From NCBI GenBank assembly GCA_028864975.1, contig JAGWLG010000006.1, positions 63,878 to 127,877 on the forward strand: a stretch of DNA of 64,000 nucleotides, read 5' to 3'. Source of the stretch: Thermoplasmata archaeon. Lineage in GTDB: Archaea > Thermoplasmatota > Thermoplasmata > Lutacidiplasmatales > UBA184. The notes under the pieces are model-generated. The model was not told the origin of the DNA, did not search any database, and saw only the letters and a program-made list of their open reading frames with translations. Each line of letters opens with the position of its first letter. The first letter of the stretch is position 1. The position numbers and the translations under genes are program-made. Of the stretch, positions 46,172 to 54,846 are shown piece after piece.

Positions 46172-46244
46172 AGCCGCCAGGGAGGCTCGAACTCCCGACC
46201 TGCTGATTACAAATCAGCCGCTCTACCGACTGAGCTATGGCGGC
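46172..46244 (-). tRNA. tRNA-Thr(TGT)
   Basis: Reverse complement GCCGCCATAGCTCAGTCGGTAGAGCGGCTGATTTGTAATCAGCAGGTCGGGAGTTCGAGCCTCCCTGGCGGCT forms a full cloverleaf with anticodon TGT; no intron; CCA not encoded. Confidence 0.97.
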
Positions 46245-46382
46245 GCGTTCGTTCCGTGTGCGGCTCTGGGCCCCTCCCGGGCGCGCGAAGAGGGACCCCG
46301 GCTTATCTATTTGGAGGGGGGCGCGGCCCCAGGGAGAAGCTCCCACCAAAGGCTTGAAAGCGACGGGAGGTACGTCTCGTCG

Positions 46383-48143
46383 ATGAGAAGCTCCGGTCCG
46401 AGACCCGTCCGTGCCCCGAGAGGGACCCGTCGCACGTGCAAGGGGTGGTCGCAGGAGGCCGCGCTCCGTCTCCTCATGAACAACCTGGACCCCGAGGTGG
46501 CTCGGGACCCCGACCACCTGATCGTCTACGGGGGGCGGGGGAAGGCGGCGCGGAGCTGGGACGACTTCGACCGTATCGTTTCCACGCTACGCGAGCTCCG
46601 CAACGACGAGACGCTCATCGTCCAGTCGGGCAAGCCGGTCGCGGTCTTCCCGACCCACCCGGAGGCCCCTCGGGTCCTGATCGCCAATGCGCTGGTCGTG
46701 CCCCGCTGGGCGACGGACGAGGTCTTCTGGGACCTGGAGTCGCGCGGGCTCACGATGTACGGACAGATGACCGCGGGAAGCTGGATCTACATCGGCAGCC
46801 AGGGGATCCTCCAGGGCACCTACGAGACCCTGGCCTCGCTGGCCCGGACCGAGTTCCATGCCCCGACCCTCGCCGGCCGATGGATGCTCTCGAGCGGGCT
46901 GGGAGAGATGGGCGGGGCCCAGCCGCTCGCGGCGACCATGTTGGACGGGGTCGCCCTCCTCGTCGACGTCGATCCTCGGGCCGTGGACCGCAGGCTCTCG
47001 AAGGGGTACCTGGACGTCCAGGCCCGCTCGCTCGACGAGGCGCTCGAGCTCAAGGACCAAGCGGTCCGTGACCGCCGTCCCCGGTCCATCGGGCTTGTCG
47101 CCAACGCGGCGGACGTCTACCCTGAGCTCGTGCGCAGAGGCATCGTTCCCGACATCGTGAGCGATCAGACGGCCGCCCACGACATTTCGGTCGGGTACAT
47201 CCCGAACCATTTCACCCTCGAGGAGGCTACGAGGCTTCGTCAGGCGTCCCCCGAGCGCTACCGCGCCGAGGTGTACCGGTCCATCGTCGAGGAGGCCCGG
47301 GCGATCCTGGCCTTCCAGTCGGAGGGTTCGAGATGCTTCGATTACGGGAACAACTTCCGTACTCGCGCCAAGGAGGGGGGCCTCCCCGAAGCCTTTCGCA
47401 TCGAGGGGTACGTGCCCCGGTACATCCGCCCCCTGTTCGCGATCGGGAGCGGACCCTTCCGATGGGTGGCGCTCTCGGGCGACCCCAAGGACATCTACCG
47501 CATCGATGAAGTTGTGCTCAAGGAGTTCCGGCACGATGAGGACCTGTGCCGATGGATCCGTCTGGCCCACGAGCGGGTGCAGTTCCAGGGTCTTCCCGCG
47601 CGCATCTGCTACATGCGCTACGGCGATCGAGAGAAGTTCGGCGTGATGGTGAACCGCCTGGTCCGGCGTGGCGAGGTGAGCGCTCCGGTGGCGATCGGGC
47701 GCGACCACCACGACACCGGGGCGGTCGCGTCCCCGTTCCGGGAGACGGAGAACATGCGCGACGGGTCTGAGGCGATCGCGGACTGGCCGGTCCTGAACGC
47801 GCTGCTCAATGCCTCGTGCGGGGCGAGCTGGGTCTCGGTGCACCATGGCGGAGGCGTGGGGATCGGGAACTCGATCCACGCGGGGCTCGTCATCGTCGCA
47901 GATGGGTCGCTCGAAGCCGAGCGACGGATCCGCCGGGTGCTCAACGCCGACCCCGGGATGGGCGTCGTGCGACACGCGGACGCGGGGTACGCGGCCTCGC
48001 TTCGGACGGCGAAGGGGGCACGCTTCCGACTTCTCAGCCCTCCCACCTTGGCCCCCGACAGCCAAGGCACGGACCGAGCGTGTCCCGTCCCGGTGGTACG
48101 GGTGGCCGATCGAAGGCGAGCGACGCGCCGCCTACCTCGCTGA
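46383..48143 (+). CDS. hutU: urocanate hydratase
   Basis: [72 protein letters not shown]. Confidence 0.97.
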   Translation: MRSSGPRPVRAPRGTRRTCKGWSQEAALRLLMNNLDPEVARDPDHLIVYGGRGKAARSWDDFDRIVSTLRELRNDETLIVQSGKPVAVFPTHPEAPRVLIANALVVPRWATDEVFWDLESRGLTMYGQMTAGSWIYIGSQGILQGTYETLASLARTEFHAPTLAGRWMLSSGLGEMGGAQPLAATMLDGVALLVDVDPRAVDRRLSKGYLDVQARSLDEALELKDQAVRDRRPRSIGLVANAADVYPELVRRGIVPDIVSDQTAAHDISVGYIPNHFTLEEATRLRQASPERYRAEVYRSIVEEARAILAFQSEGSRCFDYGNNFRTRAKEGGLPEAFRIEGYVPRYIRPLFAIGSGPFRWVALSGDPKDIYRIDEVVLKEFRHDEDLCRWIRLAHERVQFQGLPARICYMRYGDREKFGVMVNRLVRRGEVSAPVAIGRDHHDTGAVASPFRETENMRDGSEAIADWPVLNALLNASCGASWVSVHHGGGVGIGNSIHAGLVIVADGSLEAERRIRRVLNADPGMGVVRHADAGYAASLRTAKGARFRLLSPPTLAPDSQGTDRACPVPVVRVADRRRATRRLPR

Positions 48144-48557
48144 CCCGCCCCTGCGGGAGCGGCGAACCTCATCGGCCTCGGCCTGCATCAGAGAGACGAT
48201 CGCGCGGCGGAAGAGCGCGCTCTGATTGATCTCGCGGTGGCTCTGGAGGAACGTGTCCTCGTCCGACGTGATCGTGAGGTTCTTGCGGACCATGCCATCG
48301 TTCTCTACGGTAGAGAGTTCGGGCAGCTCGAGCCGGCGGGCGCGGGCGCGCCGAGGGGGCAGGAAGACCCCGACTTCCTCACGACCGCAGCTCTGACAGA
48401 GGAACGCTCCAGGAAAGCGCCGGACCGCCCTTGCCCGCGGGGTCCGCTGACCGCAGATTGTACAGAAACCGAACGACGGGGGCCGGCCCGGCCGGCGCGC
48501 GGACACCGCCCCTGAGCGCGGGAGGGCGCCATCCGGGCTTCGAAAACGCCCGCTCAT
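48132..48557 (-). CDS. zinc-finger plus ribbon-helix-helix-like DNA-binding protein
   Basis: CTICG...CQSCG at the N-terminus. [32 protein letters not shown] fits an RHH strand-helix-helix pattern. Confidence 0.6.
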   Translation of the reverse strand: MSGRFRSPDGALPRSGAVSARRPGRPPSFGFCTICGQRTPRARAVRRFPGAFLCQSCGREEVGVFLPPRRARARRLELPELSTVENDGMVRKNLTITSDEDTFLQSHREINQSALFRRAIVSLMQAEADEVRRSRRGGSAR

Positions 48558-48618
48558 TCGTGCAATGATGACGATTTCGTGGTGATAAAGGCTTGGCCGG
48601 AAAGCTCGTTTGCACGAA
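48557..48618. promoter_or_regulatory. 9-bp inverted repeat TTCGTGCAA-N44-TTGCACGAA in AT-rich divergent intergenic region
   Basis: Arms at 48557-48565 and 48610-48618 are exact reverse complements and abut the start codon of the RHH-like gene. Confidence 0.4.
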
Positions 48619-48772
48619 AATAATCCAAGAGTTGTGGCCTAGCTCATCGTAGCTTTCGTCCTTTCTCCCCGAGGAGACCCCGCGACCTCCCTCCGTTGCA
48701 GCGGAACCGTCTGAACCGGTTCGGGTGAACGAACGACCAACCTTTACTTGCGCGCCCTTTCTCTGCTCCCGG

Positions 48773-49369
48773 ATGCATCCTCGTTCGAACTCGTTCGGAG
48801 CCTCCCCGGTGGGGTACGAGCATCCGCTTCGCGGGTCGAACCTTCCGAAGCATTTCGTCGTAACAGGGTTCGTGGTCGACCACGAGCGCCACCGTGTGTT
48901 GCTGCTCTTCCATCGCAAGCTTCAGCGCTGGCTACCCCCGGGGGGCCATGTGGAGGCCACGGAGGACCCGCTGCGCGCGCTGCTCCGCGAGGTGCGGGAA
49001 GAGACCGGACTTCTCGTACGACCGGACCTCTCCCCCGAGGTCGGAGAGGAACCCGGGGTCCTTCCGATGCCGCTGCCTCATCACGTCCAAGTCGAGAGCA
49101 TCGACGGGGAGCATGAGCACATCGACCTGGTCTACCGCTGCCAGGTCATTGGGGGGGAGATGCGCTCCAACGCCGAATCCGAAGCGCTTCGCTGGTTCTC
49201 GCTGGAGGACCTGCATCGCTTCCCCGTCGGCCCCAACGTTCGTCAGCATGCTACGACGTTCCTGAGCGAGCGTCCGGCAGGGGCTCGCGCTCCCCGCAAG
49301 GTCCGGAAGGATCACGGGCGCTCGAGGCGAGGACCGGCCCGACGCAGGACCTCGAGGTCGGTGGGGTAG
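48773..49369 (+). CDS. Nudix hydrolase
   Basis: WLPPGGHVEATEDPLRALLREVREETGL Nudix box; HEHIDLVY. Confidence 0.86.
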   Translation: MHPRSNSFGASPVGYEHPLRGSNLPKHFVVTGFVVDHERHRVLLLFHRKLQRWLPPGGHVEATEDPLRALLREVREETGLLVRPDLSPEVGEEPGVLPMPLPHHVQVESIDGEHEHIDLVYRCQVIGGEMRSNAESEALRWFSLEDLHRFPVGPNVRQHATTFLSERPAGARAPRKVRKDHGRSRRGPARRRTSRSVG

Positions 49370-49815
49370 GGGACCCGGACCTTGGCCTCGGTGAGCGAGA
49401 CCCACTCGAGGCGGTCGAACGTCTGGGCGTGGTCCCGGATCGGACCTTCAGGCAGCCCGGCGTGGGGGCTCCGCATCAGATAGTAGAAGACGATCTTGAA
49501 CACGTTCAGGTCCTTCGACGGGTCGTAGAAGCGGTAGGTGATCTCTCCCAGCTCTTCGATGATCTCCACGCCTTGGAGCGCGGTCTCCTCCCGAACTTCC
49601 CGAAGCGCGCAGACCGAGAGCGACTCCCCGGCGTCGACGTGACCCTTGGGGAGGCACCAGCGGTCCTCCCCTTCCTCGTGCAACAGCAGGATGCACGGTT
49701 CGCTCGGGTGCTGGACCACGCCCCCCGCGGCGATCTCCGCCACGATCGGCCGGTCGGGTCGGTAGTCCCGGTTCCGCTTCCCGGACTCCGCCACATCCCC
49801 CACGGGACGTCGCAT
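49312..49815 (-). CDS. Nudix hydrolase (Ap4A-hydrolase-like)
   Basis: AAGGVV, WCLPKGHVDAGESLSVCALREVREETAL, KIVFYYLM. Confidence 0.86.
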   Translation of the reverse strand: MRRPVGDVAESGKRNRDYRPDRPIVAEIAAGGVVQHPSEPCILLLHEEGEDRWCLPKGHVDAGESLSVCALREVREETALQGVEIIEELGEITYRFYDPSKDLNVFKIVFYYLMRSPHAGLPEGPIRDHAQTFDRLEWVSLTEAKVRVPYPTDLEVLRRAGPRLERP

Positions 49816-49899
49816 CGACGGAGGAAGATAATCCTGCTGAGGGTCTTCGGTCGTCGCGCGACGACAGGTATATCGACCCGACCTTCTCGGCCCTTCCTC

Positions 49900-51504
49900 A
49901 TGCTGGAGGGCTCCGAGGACTACCATGACCTCCCATCGCTTCTGCGCGGGAAGGCCCGCAAGAACGGGGAGAAGGTCGCCATTCGGTTCCCCGGCCATGA
50001 GCTCAGCTACGCCGACCTCCTCCGCCAGGCGGAGCGGGCGGCCGGTGGGCTCGCCGAACGGGGCCTCCGTCATGGCGAGAAGATCGCCTTCCTTCTCTAC
50101 AACGCCCCCGAGTTCCTGACGACGTGGTACGGGGCCAACCTCCTTGGCGCCGTGATGGTCCCGCTCAACACCGCGCTCAAGGGCGAGCTTCTTCGCTACG
50201 AGCTCGAGGACTGCGATGCCCGGTTCTTGCTGGTCGACCGTCGGCTCCACGAGGAGTTCGCCAAGGTCGCCGGCTCGGTCAAGCTGGACCGGGTGATCGT
50301 CTTCGACCCCGCGGGCGAGTACGCCGAGCTACCGGCGGGGACCGAGGCGTTCCCCGACCTCCTCACGGCGCGAGGGGTCCCCTCAGAGGCCGTCCCTCCA
50401 ACACCCGTGGAGCCCGCCTCCATCATGTACACCTCAGGGACCACGGGTCCTCCCAAGGGGGTGGTCATCCCCCACGAAAAGTACCTCTCGACCGCCAAGG
50501 CGATCTCCGGCCGCAGCGACCTCAACCCCTCGAGCGTCCTCTTCAGCGAGCTCCCGCTCTTCCATTGCAATGCCCAGGAGATGACGATGCACACGGCGCT
50601 GCTCAACGACCTGACGGCAGCCTATGCGGAATGGTTCAAGGCGTCGAACTACTGGGAGGTCGCGCGAGAGCTCCACGCGACGCACGTGAGCCTGCTCATT
50701 GCGATGATCAACATCCTCTACAAGCAGCCGGAGAAACCCTCCGATCGGGAGCACGGGGTCCGGGTCGCCCTGACCGCGGGAACCTCGAAGGACATCTGGC
50801 CCCTTTTCGAGCAGCGCTTCGGGCTCCGGGTGATCGAGCTCTACGGGATGACCGAGTGCGGCTGCACGACCATCATGAACCCTCCGGACCACGTTCGCGT
50901 GGGGTCCGTCGGGCTCCCCCTGGACTTCGTCGAGGCGGAAGTGGTCGACGAGAACGATCGGCCGGTTCCTCCTCGGACCAAGGGCGAGCTGCTGGTGCGT
51001 CCAAAGCGGCCGTTCACGATGATGCTCGAGTACTACAAGAAGCCCGAGAAGACGGTCGAGGCCTGGCGGAACCTTTGGTTCCACACCGGTGACTTCGTCT
51101 GGAAGGACGAGGACGGCTACTTCTACTTCGTAGAGCGGAAGAAGGACGTCATTCGTCGTCGCGGCGAGAACATCGCGCCCTACGACGTCGAGAAGGCCCT
51201 CAACACCCATCCCGCGGTCTTCGAGAGCGTCGTGGTCGGGGTGCCCTCTCCTTTGGGCGAGGAGGACGTCAAGGCCTACGTCCTGTTGAAGCCCGGGGCG
51301 AACGTGGACCCTGCGGAGCTCTTCCGGCACACGGCGGCCGCCCTGCCCTTCTTCATGGTCCCGCAGTTCATCGAGTTCGTCGACGAGATTCCCAAGACGG
51401 CGAACCAGAAGGCCCAGAGGTACCTGCTTCGCTCGCATCCCCACGGGCCACGCAACTACGACCGCGACAAGCTCGGGGTCCAGGTCGCCCGCCCTGCCCG
51501 GTGA
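49900..51504 (+). CDS. AMP-dependent acyl-CoA ligase (CaiC-like)
   Basis: YTSGTTGPPKG, LPLFH, YGMTE, WFHTGD, FVERKKDVIRRRGENI, PKTANQK. Confidence 0.9.
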   Translation: MLEGSEDYHDLPSLLRGKARKNGEKVAIRFPGHELSYADLLRQAERAAGGLAERGLRHGEKIAFLLYNAPEFLTTWYGANLLGAVMVPLNTALKGELLRYELEDCDARFLLVDRRLHEEFAKVAGSVKLDRVIVFDPAGEYAELPAGTEAFPDLLTARGVPSEAVPPTPVEPASIMYTSGTTGPPKGVVIPHEKYLSTAKAISGRSDLNPSSVLFSELPLFHCNAQEMTMHTALLNDLTAAYAEWFKASNYWEVARELHATHVSLLIAMINILYKQPEKPSDREHGVRVALTAGTSKDIWPLFEQRFGLRVIELYGMTECGCTTIMNPPDHVRVGSVGLPLDFVEAEVVDENDRPVPPRTKGELLVRPKRPFTMMLEYYKKPEKTVEAWRNLWFHTGDFVWKDEDGYFYFVERKKDVIRRRGENIAPYDVEKALNTHPAVFESVVVGVPSPLGEEDVKAYVLLKPGANVDPAELFRHTAAALPFFMVPQFIEFVDEIPKTANQKAQRYLLRSHPHGPRNYDRDKLGVQVARPAR

Positions 51505-51507
51505 ACG

Positions 51508-51966
51508 GTGAGGGGGGACGTGGTCACCGGCTTCCCCCCTCCTTCCGCGCCGAGGGGTCCCCCCCGGGTGCTCCTCGACACGAACGCGCTCTTCCTACCG
51601 TTCACGCGGGGCTTCCCGTTGGAGCGGGAGATCTTCCGTTTGATGGAGGGCGCACGGATCGAAGTGCCCCAGAGCGTGCTCGGAGAGCTCGACCGCCTCG
51701 TCGGCCGGGGTCGCGCCCAAGCGAGGGCGGCCCGCGCCTATGCCGAGAGGTTTCCCGTCGTGCTGACCGACCTGAAGGGAGACGCCGCCCTGGAGACCCT
51801 AGCGAGGGACCTCGGCGCGGTGATCGTGACGGCCGATCGAGAGCTTCGCCGCCGCCTTTACGCGAAGGGGATGAAGGTCCTCTTCCCCCGGGGGGAGAAG
51901 CACCTCGCCTTCGCCCAAGGACCGCGTCCGAAGAGAACAGGACGGGCGGGGCTCAGTCCACGCTGA
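51508..51966 (+). CDS. PIN domain protein (Fcf1/Utp23-like)
   Basis: VLLDTNAL, VPQSVLGEL, GDAAL, IVTADRELRRRL. Confidence 0.8.
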   Translation: MRGDVVTGFPPPSAPRGPPRVLLDTNALFLPFTRGFPLEREIFRLMEGARIEVPQSVLGELDRLVGRGRAQARAARAYAERFPVVLTDLKGDAALETLARDLGAVIVTADRELRRRLYAKGMKVLFPRGEKHLAFAQGPRPKRTGRAGLSPR

Positions 51967-52813
51967 AACAGCGTTCCAACGTCGAGTAGAGGAGGGCCTG
52001 ACCTCCAGGACGCGGCAAGGCCGGCCGGTCCAGCCCCGAGTCCAGGAGGGTCCACGTGTTGTCCGCGCGGACCCCCCGTGGGGAGATCACGAACTGGAAG
52101 TGGTCGAGGGCGCTCGCCGTGGGAGCATCGCTCATCGACACAAACCAGGGCAGGCCGCAGGAGAGGTTCAGCGCCGCGAGCAAGAGGCGCAAGGCCCGGA
52201 TACGTTGTTCGGAGGTGCTGTTGCGCATGAGCAGCAGGGTCCGGCCCGTAGGGTTCGTCAGGAGGCGGGTCACCAAGGTCTCCGCGGCCGCCAACGTGAG
52301 ACAGCGACGGAGGCCTTGGGTCAGGGATCCCAGACCCACGGAGGACGAGAGCGGGACCGACAGGGCATCGATGTCGCCCACGGCGTTGGGCTGCTTCGTG
52401 TCGAAGTCCCGGATCGCCTGTTCGAGCCGCTCCATCGTCAGGGTTCCATTCTTGAGCGAGGCGAGGGGGGCGATGACCGTGTGGTTCGCGAAAGTTGGCC
52501 GGCCCATCTCGTCATCGGGCCCGCGCCCCACCACGGAAAAGAGGACCTCCTGCAGCGACGGCGCCGGATGGACCATCACCAGGCTCACCTTGCCCTCCTG
52601 GAGGCTCTCCCCCCGGATCGGCGTGTAGAACCCCTGGAGGCGTTCGTCGTAGAAGGAGAGGTTCAGACCGCGCGAGACCGACTTGATGTCGTACCCCTTC
52701 CCCGGGGTCACCCCGTAGACCCAATGGTCGAGCTTGACCTCGGAGCCCTCCCCGGAGGAAGAAGGCCCGAGAGACCCGGTCGGTGACGCCCCTGCGGAGG
52801 GAGGTGTGTCCAT
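51953..52813 (-). CDS. GTPase-associated protein, GAP1-N / uDENN(longin)-like N-terminal domain
   Basis: LDHWVYG..GYDIKSVS...DDEMGRPTFANHTVI resembles the 'D..GR....H' motif of GAP1-N/DENN-like domains. Lies 18 bp downstream of a GTPase gene. Confidence 0.55.
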   Translation of the reverse strand: MDTPPSAGASPTGSLGPSSSGEGSEVKLDHWVYGVTPGKGYDIKSVSRGLNLSFYDERLQGFYTPIRGESLQEGKVSLVMVHPAPSLQEVLFSVVGRGPDDEMGRPTFANHTVIAPLASLKNGTLTMERLEQAIRDFDTKQPNAVGDIDALSVPLSSSVGLGSLTQGLRRCLTLAAAETLVTRLLTNPTGRTLLLMRNSTSEQRIRALRLLLAALNLSCGLPWFVSMSDAPTASALDHFQFVISPRGVRADNTWTLLDSGLDRPALPRPGGQALLYSTLERCFSVD

Positions 52814-52831
52814 GGCGCCTCTTCGAGGACC

Positions 52832-53833
52832 TCAAACGGCCCGAAGCTGGTCGCGCTCGTTCACGGAATCCGGGACCTTGTGCGCGATGTCGCGGAAGTG
52901 CTCGATGAACGCGACGTACTCGTCGTAGGAGTAGTCCGGTTCGGCCGCTCCCAAGGCGCTGGCATCCTTCACCACGATCTGGGAGCGACCGACGGGGGTC
53001 ATCCCTCCCTCCGCGGTCTGGGTCTTGATCCAACTGAAGAAGTACGCGGCCTGGTCGAAGCTGACCCCGGCGACCTTCCCTCCCCGAAGCTGCGCCAGGG
53101 TCTGGGGGAGGAAGACCCGGAGGATCGCTTCGGCGTAGTCCCGGCGTGCCTTCTCCTTATCGGCCGGCGGGATCCCTTTGTGGAGCCCGAGCTTCGCCAT
53201 CACGTCGTCGGAGAGCTGGTCGTGCTTGGTGAGCACGATCGCGGGATAGATGAGCGGGAGGCCCTCGGCGAGCCCCTGGGTCTTCAACCGCTGGTATTCT
53301 TGCACCTTGTAGGTCTGGAAGTTCACGGCGAGCTTCGCGACCTCCGTGTCGTACCGGAGCATCTGCTTGTACTGGGGGGAGTCGTGCTGGAGCGTCATCT
53401 TGCTGCAATCGACCAGGATGACCACGACCATGCTCTTCAGCAGCTGCTGGATGATCGGACTGGAAGCGACACCGCTCTCGATGAACTCCTGGACATCTTC
53501 TCCTGAGACGTCGTAGGCCCCGAACTGGAGCACGGAGAACGGGTTCAACCACTTCGTCGGGGGGACCCAGCGCGGGAGCTTCCCCATCACGGTGCGCCGG
53601 TAGCCGAAAAGGAACTCGACCTGCGTGATCTCATCCTTGAGGGTCGCGCTCGGGAACTGGCCCGAGGCCATCCCCTCGTAGATCGAGCTCATGAACTTGA
53701 GCGAGGAGGGCGGCGCATGGAATCGGAAGGTGTCCACCACCTGCGTCCCATACCTCACCTGGGCCGCGTAGAGCAATCCCAAGAACGTCGTCTTCCCCGA
53801 AGCACGGTCGCCTAGGATGGCCGCCGGACACAT
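52832..53833 (-). CDS. TRAFAC-class GTPase (double-GTPase-system-like)
   Basis: G1 GDRASGKT, G2 PSAT, G3 YDVSGE, G4 TKHD. Confidence 0.85.
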   Translation of the reverse strand: MCPAAILGDRASGKTTFLGLLYAAQVRYGTQVVDTFRFHAPPSSLKFMSSIYEGMASGQFPSATLKDEITQVEFLFGYRRTVMGKLPRWVPPTKWLNPFSVLQFGAYDVSGEDVQEFIESGVASSPIIQQLLKSMVVVILVDCSKMTLQHDSPQYKQMLRYDTEVAKLAVNFQTYKVQEYQRLKTQGLAEGLPLIYPAIVLTKHDQLSDDVMAKLGLHKGIPPADKEKARRDYAEAILRVFLPQTLAQLRGGKVAGVSFDQAAYFFSWIKTQTAEGGMTPVGRSQIVVKDASALGAAEPDYSYDEYVAFIEHFRDIAHKVPDSVNERDQLRAV

Positions 53834-53940
53834 GCGGTCGGCGATTCGGGGGTCCGTCTTAATGGTTGGGAGCCTGCGAGCCTACCGAACCTCGCCCGTT
53901 CCGCGAGGTCCCAAATACGGGCCCCGCCTCGGGCCGACGG

Positions 53941-54846
53941 GTGTCCAGCACGATCATCGTCGGGGCCGAAGGCTCCGGTCGGACCTTCTTCTCCGCGCTT
54001 CTCTACTCGTCCCTCGTCCGGTACGGTGGGGAAGTGGGGGATGCCTTCCGGTTCCACGCTCGCCCCGAGTCCCTCGCCGCGTTGGGGACGCTTTACGAGT
54101 CGGTTCGGGCCGGTGAGGCCCCCCGATGGCCCGACTCGGCCAACGCTCCTCTCGTCCTCGACCTCCAGTTTCCCGGTCACTCGCCCAGGGGGCTCCTCGC
54201 CCACCTTCATCGGGACCGCGATGCGCAGGCCTCCTCGGGCACGGCCCTGCTGCTCGAGCGGTGCTCCACCGATGAGGTCGCCCGCTTCGTCGCCTCGGGA
54301 GGGGCGCTCACCTCGCTCGGACAGGCGCTCCTGGAAGGAGGCGCGCTCGTGGTCCTGCTGGACGGCTCCGGCCTCAAGATCGACCCGGGCACGTCCCAGC
54401 CCCTGGCCCACCCGTGGGACCCCGTGCTGAGCGGTCTTCTTCGAGCCCTCAAGCTCGCCGTACGGGACCACCCGGGAGCCAGCAAGGGTCCGATCACACC
54501 CCTGCTGGTGGTGACGAAGTACGACCTCGTCCCTGACAAGGTTCGAGCGACCCTGCTGCCGAACGGGGGGACGATGGAGGGCTGGACCGAAGAGTCTCGG
54601 GTCGTGGCCGCCAGGGAGCTCCTTTCCCGATACCTGCCGCAGAGCCGTGCGGAATGGACCTCGGGGATGCCCGCGGGCCTCCAGCTCTCCCCGCCCGTGG
54701 CCTTCATCAGCTGGGTGCGGCCCGATGGAGGTTCCGGGCCCGCGGCCCGGCTGAAAGGTCATGACACGCCGGCGCGGGGATGGGAACCCGACTTCCCCTA
54801 TTTGGAATACCGCGATCTCATCGAGCGCCTGCGGCGGCTTGGCTGA
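53941..54846 (+). CDS. degenerate paralogue of the neighbouring GTPase (probable pseudo-GTPase); alternative ATG start at 53866
   Basis: G1 GAEGSGRT, G4 TKYD. Shares RYG..V.D.FRFHA.P.SL, F.SW and EPD..Y.EY with 52832-53833. Confidence 0.75.
   Translation: MSSTIIVGAEGSGRTFFSALLYSSLVRYGGEVGDAFRFHARPESLAALGTLYESVRAGEAPRWPDSANAPLVLDLQFPGHSPRGLLAHLHRDRDAQASSGTALLLERCSTDEVARFVASGGALTSLGQALLEGGALVVLLDGSGLKIDPGTSQPLAHPWDPVLSGLLRALKLAVRDHPGASKGPITPLLVVTKYDLVPDKVRATLLPNGGTMEGWTEESRVVAARELLSRYLPQSRAEWTSGMPAGLQLSPPVAFISWVRPDGGSGPAARLKGHDTPARGWEPDFPYLEYRDLIERLRRLG

Noticed and set aside
46172-46244. tRNA-Thr as an integration site
   Set aside because: Flanked by core genes (rfcL, hutU), with no integrase or partial tRNA repeat in the window.
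51508-51966. PIN protein as toxin effector of the GTPase module
   Set aside because: It looks like the conserved Fcf1-like archaeal PIN, is co-oriented with the acyl-CoA ligase and converges on the module; adjacency alone is weak evidence.
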